From Ostreococcus lucimarinus (taxonomy: Eukaryota): 64,000 nt of DNA. Within the stretch, counting starts at the first letter, position 1. Each line of letters opens with the position of its first letter. The notes under the pieces are model-generated. The model was not told the origin of the DNA. It did not search any database and saw nothing but the letters and a program-made list of their open reading frames with translations. The position numbers and the translations under genes were made by a program. Positions 1 through 8,749 of this stretch are shown piece after piece. The stretch lies in the NCBI GenBank assembly GCA_000092065.1, contig CP000584.1. One strand, written 5' to 3'.

Positions 1-1191
1 AACATTCACGCTCTTGACCCGCAAGCGATCCCGACCGGTGCGGCTGTTGCCTCCGCCAAGGTTGTCGTCGATCGTTTGATTGAACGCGAGCGCGTCGAAA
101 ACGGTGGCAAGTACCCGGAGTCCATCGCGCTCGTTCTGTGGGGTACGGACAACATTAAGACGTACGGTGAATCTTTGGCGCAAGTCATGTTGATGGTGGG
201 TGTGCGACCTGCCCCCGATGCGCTCGGTCGGGTGAACAAGCTCGAGCTTATCAGTTTAGAAGAGCTCGGTCGCCCGCGCATCGACGTCGTCGTCAACTGC
301 TCTGGCGTCTTCCGCGATTTGTTCGTCAACCAGATGAACTTGTTGGACCGCGCCGTCAAGCTCGCCGCTGAGCAAGACGAACCGGAGGACATGAACTTTG
401 TCCGCAAGCACGCCGCTGAGCAAGCCGAGGAGCTTGGCTTGTCCATTCGCGAGGCGGCGACGCGCATCTTCTCCAACGCGTCTGGTTCCTACTCTTCCAA
501 CGTCAACCTCGCGGTTGAAAACTCTTCTTGGAACGACGAGAGCCAGCTCCAAGACATGTACCTCAACCGTAAGTCTTTCGCGTTCAACTCTGATGCTCCG
601 GGTGCTGGCATGGAAACGAGGAAGGAACTCTTCGAGTCTGCCTTGTCCAAGGTCGACGTCACCTTCCAAAACTTGGATTCTTCCGAGATTTCGCTCACCG
701 ACGTCAGCCACTACTTCGACTCTGATCCGACCAAGCTCGTCGCCGGTGTGCGTAAGGACGGTAAGATGCCGGCTTCTTACATCGCCGATACGACCACGGC
801 CAACGCTCAAGTGCGCTCTTTGTCCGAGACGATGCGTCTGGACTCCCGCACCAAGCTCTTGAACCCGAAGTGGTACGAAGGCATGATGGCGTCTGGCTAC
901 GAGGGTACTCGCGAGATCCAAAAGCGTCTCAACAACACTCTCGGCTGGTCCGCCACGTCTGGTGCCGTCGACAACTGGGTGTACGAAGACGCCAACACGA
1001 CCTTCATGGCTGATCCGGAGATGCAAAAGCGCTTGATGGAGTCCAACCCGAACTCGTTCCGCAAGATGGTCGCCAACTTCTTGGAAGCCAACGGCAGAGG
1101 TTACTGGGAGACGTCCGAAGAGAACATCGATCGTTTGCGACAGCTCTATATGGAGGTCGAAGATAAAATCGAGGGCGTCGACAACGCGTGA
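1..1191 (+). CDS. CHLH: Magnesium chelatase subunit H (ChlH/CobN family), C-terminal ~397 aa; the gene starts upstream of the window
   Basis: Frame-1 translation from nt 1 ([12 protein letters not shown]...[26 protein letters not shown]...[12 protein letters not shown]...[36 protein letters not shown]) matches the conserved C-terminus of Mg-chelatase H. The ORF-track start at 76 is an internal TTG. Confidence 0.9.
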   Translation, partial: NIHALDPQAIPTGAAVASAKVVVDRLIERERVENGGKYPESIALVLWGTDNIKTYGESLAQVMLMVGVRPAPDALGRVNKLELISLEELGRPRIDVVVNCSGVFRDLFVNQMNLLDRAVKLAAEQDEPEDMNFVRKHAAEQAEELGLSIREAATRIFSNASGSYSSNVNLAVENSSWNDESQLQDMYLNRKSFAFNSDAPGAGMETRKELFESALSKVDVTFQNLDSSEISLTDVSHYFDSDPTKLVAGVRKDGKMPASYIADTTTANAQVRSLSETMRLDSRTKLLNPKWYEGMMASGYEGTREIQKRLNNTLGWSATSGAVDNWVYEDANTTFMADPEMQKRLMESNPNSFRKMVANFLEANGRGYWETSEENIDRLRQLYMEVEDKIEGVDNA

Positions 1192-1532
1192 GCGGCCGCC
1201 GGGCGCCCGACGGCCGTCGGCGGCGCGGCCGCCGACAAATTTTATTACACAGACGCTTCGCGTTCCGGAGGGTTGGTTCTGAACTCTCTCGCGGGGTGAG
1301 ATGGGTGGTGGTTACGTCCACTCATGGCAAACGCCGAATTACATTCTTAATTTTACTTGGGATAGAAATCGTACGTTTATGTAACGACGCGCATTACAAA
1401 AATATTACAAACTGCACCTCTAGCCGCTGCCGTTACGAGCCCCACTTCTAGACGGTACGTGCGCTGTCATTTGAGAGTCGTGCCTAGGTAGAGCGCGATG
1501 CGTTGTTTTGGTCCGATTCACATGCCCGGAGG

Positions 1533-2054
1533 TCATAAGCATACGCACGTGCGGTCGATCGCGTACGATTCGCTCGGAGTGAATCGTTCGTAATCTCCAA
1601 CTTTTTCCACCAATACGAACAACGTAGGGGTCGCACCATGACCACCGCGTACTCCGAGACACATTGCCCTACACTGAAGACCCATATCGGAGAGCTTCTT
1701 GTTTTTGTTTTCCTCCAACACTTTGCTGAATTCTTCGACCAATTCGGGCGTGACGAAATCCGGGTTCCAGCAGCCGCCGCAACAGCACGCGCTCGCGGTA
1801 CACTTGAGACGAGGCTCTTCCACCGCGCCTTCCGTTCGCTCCATCGCGCGGTCCAAGAACTCCTCGAGCTCGACGCGCAAGGCGCCACCCCTTTTCCACG
1901 CCTTGTCTTTAAACCTCCACGCGACGTTGCCCAGATCGTCCCAGTGGTAGGTACTCCCACATCCGATCTCTTGGCATCCCACGCGCGGGCCGAACGTGAC
2001 CGCCCCGAGGAGCTCGTCGTGCCAGTATTTAGGCTTGCAGCAGTTCTGGCCCAT
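1533..2054 (-). CDS. Hypothetical small Cys-rich protein (173 aa) with N-terminal MGQNCC (possible N-acylation motif)
   Basis: Real ATG on the minus strand at 2054..2052. Intact 173-codon ORF of normal amino-acid complexity, lying between the convergent CHLH 3' end and the SNF2 5' region. No recognisable domain. Confidence 0.45.
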   Translation of the reverse strand: MGQNCCKPKYWHDELLGAVTFGPRVGCQEIGCGSTYHWDDLGNVAWRFKDKAWKRGGALRVELEEFLDRAMERTEGAVEEPRLKCTASACCCGGCWNPDFVTPELVEEFSKVLEENKNKKLSDMGLQCRAMCLGVRGGHGATPTLFVLVEKVGDYERFTPSESYAIDRTCVCL

Positions 2055-2459
2055 GTCACGTCACGCCTTCCGCGCGGTTTCACGTCGACGAGTGGCGCCG
2101 ACGACGAGATCTGCCCGGCGACATCTGCCACGGCGAGGTGCTACCGTGTAAAGATCTTCCTAAAAGATTATCATATCATACATGGGACTTTTATCTTTTA
2201 AAGGCGTACCTACAGCCGATACATTGTTCTATGAAAAAGATGAAAAGACAGACGTCTGCGTCGCTCGACGACGGCGTCGTCGCGCGCCTTTGCGCCAGAC
2301 GCCCGTCCGCGTCGTCGCTCTTCCGCGCGTCGCCTCGTCGTTCAAACCCATCGCGCGCGCGCACCGCGCGCACCGCGACGCCCTCGCGCGTCGTCCTCGC
2401 GCCGCGCGTCGTCCGCGACGTTTCGATTCCCATCGGGGGAACGAATCCGAAACGAACGA

Positions 2460-5156
2460 ATGTCGCGCGCCGTCGCCTCGCCGCTTCGCGACGTCAACGG
2501 CGCCGCCGCGCGTCGACCGGTGCGTCTCAAGCGTCGCGCGCTGTCCGACTCGTCCGACGACGACGCGTCGGACGAGGACGCGCCGGCGCCGGCGACGAAC
2601 GTCGACGCCGTCGCGGCGACGAACGTCGACGCCGTCGCGGCGACGCGCAAGCCCCTGCGATTGAAGGGCAAGGACGGCGGGCCGAAGTTTGAGCTCGACG
2701 CGGCGCTCGCGTCGAGGCTGTACGATCATCAGCGCGACGGCGTGCGTTGGATGTGGGGATTGCACTTGGCCGGGCGAGGCGGGATTCTCGCCGACGACAT
2801 GGGCCTGGGCAAGACGCTTCAGGCGTGCGCGTTCGTCGCCGGTTTGTTGCGCAGCGGCGCGGCGAAGCGCGTGCTCGTGCTCGCGCCGACGACGTTGCTG
2901 CCGCATTGGTTGAAAGAGCTCGAGACGTGCGGGCTGAGGCGAGGGGAGACGGTGTTTAAGTACTACGGCGGCTCGCGAGGGGCGCTCGACAAACAGTTGC
3001 GCGCGTGCGCGACGGGTCGAGGCGCGCTCTTGGCGTCGTACGGGATGGTGACGTCTCGCGCGAGCGAGCTCGGCGCGCCGAGCGACGAGGACGAAGCCGA
3101 GAGAGCGAGCGCGCGCGAGGGGCGCGGCGTCGCGCCGAAAGATTTCGCGGGCGAATTTCGCTGGGATTGGATCGTCATGGACGAAGGACACGCGTTGAAG
3201 AACGCGACGACGCGGCTCGCGCAAAAGGTTCGACAACTGCCCGCCAATCTGCGCATGATTGTCACCGGAACGCCGGTGCAAAACGCGCTCGGCGAACTGT
3301 GGTCGCTGTACGACTTGACGTGTCCGGGGCTTCTCGGCGGCGAAAACGAGTTTCGTCGACGATTCGCCAACAAGATCGCCGCCGGTCAAGCCGCGTCGGC
3401 GACGCAAAAACAACGATCGGAATCGAAAGAGCTCACGGCGACGCTGCGTCAAATGACTCGTCCGTACTTTTTGCGCCGCGACAAGAAGGAGGTCTTACTA
3501 GCCAAAGAGGATGTCGCGCCCGTCGACGACGCGAAGAAACCGAATAGCGCGGCCGCGACGTCGTGGAAGCACGTCAAGAACGCGCCTTCGGCGCTCGGGC
3601 AGAAGAACGATTTCATCGCGTGGATACCGCTTGAGCCGGCGCAATCGGCGCTGTACTCAAAATTCTTAGCCTCGAAACCCGTTCAGGACGCCATCAACAA
3701 AACCGGTTCGGCGATTTCGTGCATGAACGCTCTGAAGAGAATTTGCGATCACCCGACGCTGTGCGTCGCGGCGCGGGACGACGCCGACGTCGACGCGTCG
3801 CCGCCCGCGGAGGAGGAGGAGGAAATCGAAGACGAAGAAGACGCCGAATTGAAGAAGAGCTGCGCGGGCGAAGCCGCCGCGGCGGCAGCGGCGGCCGTTC
3901 GCGAGTGCGATTTCGACGCCGACGCTCTCGCCCGCGGCGCGTCGAGTTTGAGCGCCAAATCTAGATTTCTCATGGCCATGTTGGATCGGTTTCGCGCCGA
4001 AGGACGTCGCACGTTGGTCTTCTCTCAGTCGCAGGCGACACTGAACGTTGTTGAAGCGTGCATTCGCGAAGCGAACATCAAGTTCGTGCGAATCGACGGT
4101 AAAGTAAACGTCGACGAGCGAGATCGTCGCGTGACGCAGTTCCGTTCGAACGCAGACATTCCCGTCATGCTTCTCACCGCTCGCGTCGGCGGTCTCGGTT
4201 TGACGCTGACGGAGGCGACGCGCGTCATCATTTACGATCCGGCGTGGAATCCAACGACGGACAATCAATCCGTCGATCGCGCGTACCGCATTGGGCAAAC
4301 CAAAGACGTCGTGGTGTATCGTCTCGTCACGTGCGGAACGGTGGAGGAAAAGATTTACCGTCGTCAAGTCTTCAAGGGCGGCGTGTCCAAGTCGGCGACG
4401 GACGGCGTGAGCGGGAAGCAATACTTTGGCGCGGACGACGCGACTCAGCTGTTCGAAACGCGCGAAAACGCCATGCGCGCGAGCGATACGATGAAACAAT
4501 TGAACGCGTTGCACGCGGCGGATCGCAAGTGGACGGATGAGCTTCGCGCCGAGTTGCCGTATGTCGAGTCGCTGCCTTTTGTCTGCGGCGTGAGCGATCA
4601 CGATTTGTTGTTCAGCAAAGACGACGAAGCGACGACGAGCGGGTCGAAATCAAGCAGTGCCGCCGCAAAATCAGCGCCCGCGGGGGCGGCGACGACGCCG
4701 AAGGGAAAGGCGCCCGGCGGCGCGGCTTGGAAAAACGTCAACGCCGGGTGGGGAGGCGACGGCGGTTTGCTCGGCGGCGCCTTGCTCGCGGCGCTGACGC
4801 CACCGAAGGAAACGAAAAGCGCGACAAAGATGAAAATCGACGACGACGAGTCGCCCGAGCCCGTCTCCGGGGAGGCGAAGCTTAAAGCAAAAATCAAACA
4901 CATCGAAGACGACTGCGCCAAGTTGGGCGTGATTTTGAGCATGCCCGACGTCGTCGCCAAGATGCCCGACAAAGGCGAGAGCACTCGAAGGGCGATCGAA
5001 AAACAACTCGCCGAAAAATGCGTGCTCGAGGCCGAATACAACGCCAAGTACGCGGTCTCTGAGACGTTCTACACCCCTCAGAGTTCACCCAAAGGTTCGC
5101 CGCCGCCGGAAACCGTCGCCTCGTTGGCGCAATCCATCGATTCTTTCGAAATGTAA
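2460..5156 (+). CDS. SNF2-family DNA-dependent ATPase, ERCC6/Rad26 (CSB)-like; 898 aa with low-complexity acidic/Lys-rich C-terminal tail
   Basis: ATG at 2460. Motifs LYDHQRDGVRWMW...GGILADDMGLGKTLQ (helicase motif I), IVMDEGHALKN (DEGH box), TGTPVQNALGELWSLYDL, and helicase-C motifs (LLTARVGGLGLTLTEATRVIIYDPAWNPTTDNQSVDRAYRIGQTKDVVVYRL). Confidence 0.85.
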   Translation: MSRAVASPLRDVNGAAARRPVRLKRRALSDSSDDDASDEDAPAPATNVDAVAATNVDAVAATRKPLRLKGKDGGPKFELDAALASRLYDHQRDGVRWMWGLHLAGRGGILADDMGLGKTLQACAFVAGLLRSGAAKRVLVLAPTTLLPHWLKELETCGLRRGETVFKYYGGSRGALDKQLRACATGRGALLASYGMVTSRASELGAPSDEDEAERASAREGRGVAPKDFAGEFRWDWIVMDEGHALKNATTRLAQKVRQLPANLRMIVTGTPVQNALGELWSLYDLTCPGLLGGENEFRRRFANKIAAGQAASATQKQRSESKELTATLRQMTRPYFLRRDKKEVLLAKEDVAPVDDAKKPNSAAATSWKHVKNAPSALGQKNDFIAWIPLEPAQSALYSKFLASKPVQDAINKTGSAISCMNALKRICDHPTLCVAARDDADVDASPPAEEEEEIEDEEDAELKKSCAGEAAAAAAAAVRECDFDADALARGASSLSAKSRFLMAMLDRFRAEGRRTLVFSQSQATLNVVEACIREANIKFVRIDGKVNVDERDRRVTQFRSNADIPVMLLTARVGGLGLTLTEATRVIIYDPAWNPTTDNQSVDRAYRIGQTKDVVVYRLVTCGTVEEKIYRRQVFKGGVSKSATDGVSGKQYFGADDATQLFETRENAMRASDTMKQLNALHAADRKWTDELRAELPYVESLPFVCGVSDHDLLFSKDDEATTSGSKSSSAAAKSAPAGAATTPKGKAPGGAAWKNVNAGWGGDGGLLGGALLAALTPPKETKSATKMKIDDDESPEPVSGEAKLKAKIKHIEDDCAKLGVILSMPDVVAKMPDKGESTRRAIEKQLAEKCVLEAEYNAKYAVSETFYTPQSSPKGSPPPETVASLAQSIDSFEM
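2592..2639 (+). repeat. Perfect 24-nt in-frame tandem duplication (GCGACGAACGTCGACGCCGTCGCG x2) encoding ATNVDAVA x2 in the SNF2 N-terminus
   Basis: Read directly from the sequence at 2592-2639. Confidence 0.7.
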
Positions 5157-5245
5157 ATCACACGCACCATTCATTCGCGCGCGCATCGTTGACATTCTAC
5201 GCATACGAAATGTAACATCACAACAAAATATTGGCGACGCGGGCA

Positions 5246-5968
5246 TCAATCCCTCGGGTTCGCCCGCAACGCCTCCCGCAAGACGGCGTCGAATCGATTA
5301 CACCCCGCCGCGCACGCGTCCAACGCGCGCTCCGTCTCGTCCGCGTTCCACCGCCCGAACGTCTCCGTCTTCGCGTACGCCTCCATCGACGACATCTGCG
5401 CTAAAAACACCATCCCATCGCTCGTCTCGATCTCCTCGCGCGTCGGATCGAGCATCATCCTCTCCCCCGCCCGCGCGCACTCGCACGCGCTCACCAAGTC
5501 TCGGCACGCCACCCCCGCGCGCGCCAACGCCGCGGACGCCGCCAGCACGCACGCCACCGCCTCGCCCCCCCGCGCGTCCAGCACCGTCACGCACGCGTCC
5601 ACCTGCGTCTTCGGGAAGCTTTCCGTCAGCACGCTCGCGCTGAGCGCCTCCTTCACCGTCCGCGCCAAGCCGTCGTCCGCCGTCCTCGCGCCGCGTCCTC
5701 GCGCGCGCGCTCGGTTCGCCCCATCCAGCGCCCGCGCGCCCGTCGCGAACGGCGCGCGGTACGCGTCGACGTCCAGCGTCCCTCGATCGACGCCCGCGAG
5801 CTCGGCGCGGCCGCGGCGCGGGCCGTAGACGGCGCACGACGCCTTGGTGTCGCCGAGCTCGACGTACGCGGAACCGGCGGCGGCGGGGACGACGTCGAGG
5901 GCGACGACGAGGGCGCGGCAGTGCGCGTCGGCGCGCGCGTCTTCGCGAGGCGCGAGCGACGAGGGCAT
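5246..5968 (-). CDS. Exosome complex RNase PH-like subunit (Rrp46/Mtr3-type), 240 aa
   Basis: ATG at 5968..5966. RNase PH fold signature GSAYVELGDTKASCAVYGPRRG and a C-terminal RNase-PH domain 2 region. No catalytic phosphate-binding residues could be asserted. Confidence 0.7.
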   Translation of the reverse strand: MPSSLAPREDARADAHCRALVVALDVVPAAAGSAYVELGDTKASCAVYGPRRGRAELAGVDRGTLDVDAYRAPFATGARALDGANRARARGRGARTADDGLARTVKEALSASVLTESFPKTQVDACVTVLDARGGEAVACVLAASAALARAGVACRDLVSACECARAGERMMLDPTREEIETSDGMVFLAQMSSMEAYAKTETFGRWNADETERALDACAAGCNRFDAVLREALRANPRD

Positions 5969-6194
5969 CCGCGCGGTGGGGAGTGCGGACGACGACGGCG
6001 GCGAGCGGGACGCGGCGAACGGGCGAACGCCGCGGCGATCGGGCGCGACGCGGCGAGCGCGCGCGGGACAAAAAAGAGGGTGATTTCGATAAAAAAGCTA
6101 CGTCTTGATGGTACACGCGACCGGGCGTCGGGAGGTGGGGAATGCGTGGAAGGAGGCCACGCGCGGGGGCTCGGTTTGACGAAAATCCAAATCC

Positions 6195-6230
6195 TCAGCG
6201 CGCGCGGCGGAGACCGCGCGCGGATGCATC

Positions 6231-6265
<35 letters not shown>

Positions 6266-6725
6266 AAGATGCGATCATTTCGTTGAAGAAGGCGGATTCG
6301 TACGACGAGCTCGTCGATGGCTCGTGATCGAACGACGACGAGAGATTGCGCTGGAATCGTTCCCTGGCGCGACGCGCGGCGTCCGACGGCGTCGAGCGCT
6401 CGCGCGGCGGCGGCGGCGGCGGCGGTTCGTCGCGAGAGGACGGCGACGCGTCGACGTCTTTGCTTCCGAATCCAAACAAGTTGACCGTTTGCATGCTTCC
6501 GCGCGGGGCGGTGCCGGACAGCGTCTTGCTCGAGCGGTTGGCTCGCGACGCCTTTAAAATATCTCGCGCGTTGTTTCCGATGTGCGTCTCCAACGACGCG
6601 CCGCCCATGGCGATCAAGACTTCGGTGGAGATGTGTTGATGCTTCGGTTTCGGCGGCGTTCGCGGTAACAGACGCTCTTTGGGCTCGAACTTTCGCAAAA
6701 TCTCCTCGCGCGGATCTCGCGTCGC

Positions 6726-6757
<32 letters not shown>

Positions 6758-7925
6758 CGCTCGCCGCGACGCCGTTGAGCGCGGGATCGTCGAATCCCTC
6801 GGCGTGCTGTCTGTACGCCGCGCGAGACTTCCACTGACTCGGTCCCGTGGACGGTGGTCGACGCCCATCGCGCGCGTCGAAGCTCGAATCGTCCATCGAG
6901 GACATCTCTCGCCGGAAATCCGCCGGAGTCTTGTGCGTCCCCCACTCGTCGCTCGACGCCGCGGCGCCGTCTCTTCCGCCCCACCTACCCGGCGCCCGCG
7001 GATCCACCACCGGCACTTCGGGTCGCCACTCGCCAAAGCTGAAACTCTTGCCCTCGTCCAACCGCGCGCGTTCGCCTCGATCGTCTTCGCGCGCCGCCGC
7101 GCCTCGACGAGGGGAACGAAGCGTCGCCGTCTCGCGCGTCGCCGTCGACCTCGCGCGTCGCCGCGGCCGACCCGCGTCCCGCGCGCGTCGCCCGACGACG
7201 GCGTTCACCATCGTTCGCTTCGCGTACATCCACATCAGCGTCACCCCGCTGACGCACGCGCTCGCCGCGGCGAAAATCAACGCGCACACCCCGAGCGTCG
7301 TGCCGACCAAGAGCGACCCGCTCAGCGCGCTCAACAATCCCTCCGTCCCCGCGTTCGCCGCCGCCGCGGCCCAGCACGCGAGTCCACCGGTCGTGGGAAG
7401 TCCCCATCGCACGAACCCGCACGCCTGCGCGAACACCCCTCGCAGCGCCGTCGTCACCGCGTCTTCGCCCTCGCGCGCGTCTTCCCGTCTCGCGTCGTCG
7501 TCGTCGTCGTCCCGCGTCTCGCGTCTCGCGTCTCGCCGCACCGCCCGACGCGCGCGCTCGTCGTCGCGCGCGCTTCGAAACGCGCTCTTTCGCGTCGCGC
7601 GCGCCGTCGGCATCGCGCGTCGTCGTCCCGCGCCGCGTCCCGGCGCCGCGCGAACCGTCGTCGGTCGTCGAATCGTCGCGCGAATCGTCGCGCGAATCGT
7701 CGCGCGGTCGCGCGTTCGATGCATCGTCGTCGTTCGCGTCGTCGCCGTCGGCGTCCGCGTCGGCATCGCGAGCATCGTCGTCGTCGTCGTCGTCGCGAAT
7801 TCGCGTCGCGCGCCGCGTCGACGACTGACCGCGTCGAATCGTTTCGACGCCAGCGAATCGATTAAAGTTTCGACGCTTCGTCCCCCTGGCGACGAAAACC
7901 GGACGACCACCGAGGGCGGACCCAA
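6195..7925 (-). CDS. Hypothetical low-complexity protein with one predicted TM segment and a poly-Asp tail; start uncertain (track start is TTG; first in-frame ATG near 7775)
   Basis: 576-codon ORF. The 6480-6900 segment has ordinary coding-like complexity (…ILRKFEPKERLLPRTPPKPKHQHISTEVLIAMGG…) and a hydrophobic stretch LSALSGSLLVGTTLGVCALIFAAASACVSGV. The rest is R/T/D-rich. A telo-box-like element lies just upstream (7938-8011). Confidence 0.25.
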
Positions 7926-7937
7926 GATAGCACTATA

Positions 7938-8011
7938 ACGGATCCAAATACCACTAAAGCGGACCCAAACTACTTAAAGCGGACCCAAACGAACTAGGGT
8001 TTAGGGTTTAG
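7938..8011. promoter_or_regulatory. Three tandem ~20-nt repeats (…AAAGCGGACCCAAAC…) immediately followed by an interstitial telomere motif TAGGGTTTAGGGTTTAG (plant-type TTTAGGG x2; 'telo-box'-like)
   Basis: Read directly from the sequence: degenerate copy at 7938-7955; taaagcggacccaaactact at 7955-7974; taaagcggacccaaacgaac at 7975-7994; tagggtttagggtttag at 7995-8011. Confidence 0.5.
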
Positions 8012-8700
8012 AAGCGCGGCGTCGATCGGCGTCTCCTCTCGATCGATCGCTCGACCGCGCGCGCGCTCGACCGCGCGCGCGTCGATCGACGCGTCCGCGT
8101 CGACCCTCGATCGAGGGTCGACGCGCGACGGCGGACGCGTCGTCCGCGTCGTCGCGCGACACGGCGACGCGCGATGCGGATCGACGCGCGCGCGCCGACG
8201 CCGCCGCTGTGGGCGACGGCGCCGCCGAGACCGAGACGACGCGAATCGACGCGCGACGCGTCCGCGCGCGACGACGCGGACGCGGACGACGACGACGCGT
8301 TCGAGTGCGCGTACGAATTGGACGCGGCGTGGGCGGCGCGATTCGCGGCGACGGCGAAAAAACGAGCGGCGCGACGCGGGAGGGCGCGCGCGGGGCGAGG
8401 GCGGGCGCGGGACGGGACGAGGGCGGTGGGCTCGGGGGACGACGGGACGCGCGCGCGCGCGGAGGCGGCGGCGAGACGCGCGGAGACGCTGGCGCGAGCG
8501 GCGGCGACGGCGCGGGCGAAGCGCGCGGGCGAGGGCGAGGAGGAGGACGAGGAGGGAAGAGACGCGTGGTACGGCGCGGGAGGGGCGGCGGCGGTGGCGA
8601 TGGCGGAGGGGAAGTTGAACGCGGCGTTCGACGCGTGGTTGGACGCGGGCGAAGCGCGTTGGTGGCCGAGCGGTTTGCGATGAACGGCGAAGTTCATTCG
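8012..8700. repeat. Extreme GC/CpG-rich low-complexity tract (CGCG / GACGCG / GGGCGGG runs), open in several frames on both strands
   Basis: Compositional: almost no A/T and multiple overlapping long ORFs (8008..8697 minus, 8174..8683 plus, 8209..8886 plus), all R/G/A-rich. Confidence 0.6.
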
Positions 8701-8749
8701 GGTAGTTTAGGTAGCTTAGCTCGTGTTAATTTAGGTGGTTTAGACTTTA

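Noticed and set aside
76-1191. ORF-track start codons at 76 (TTG), 7925 (TTG), 24700 (GTG), 25048 (GTG), 25378 (TTG), 61846 (GTG) and similar taken as real translation starts
   Set aside because: The track evidently uses a bacterial start-codon set. For a eukaryotic nuclear genome only in-frame ATGs were accepted, and the coordinates were adjusted accordingly (the CHLH gene simply continues upstream of the window).
1192-1260. GC-rich imperfect palindrome right after the CHLH stop (gcggccgccgggcgcccgacggccgtcggcggcgcggccgccgac) considered as a terminator or 3' stem-loop
   Set aside because: The arms are only partially complementary, and similar pseudo-palindromes arise by chance throughout the CGCG-rich DNA. 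No basis to call a functional structure.
5298-6984. Long minus-strand ORFs 5298..6116 (272 aa) and 5653..6984 (443 aa), R/G/A-rich
   Set aside because: They overlap the exosome gene out of frame and extend into GC-only tracts. Their composition is pure Arg/Gly/Ala/Asp low complexity typical of CGN-rich DNA read in any frame. No domain-like segment.
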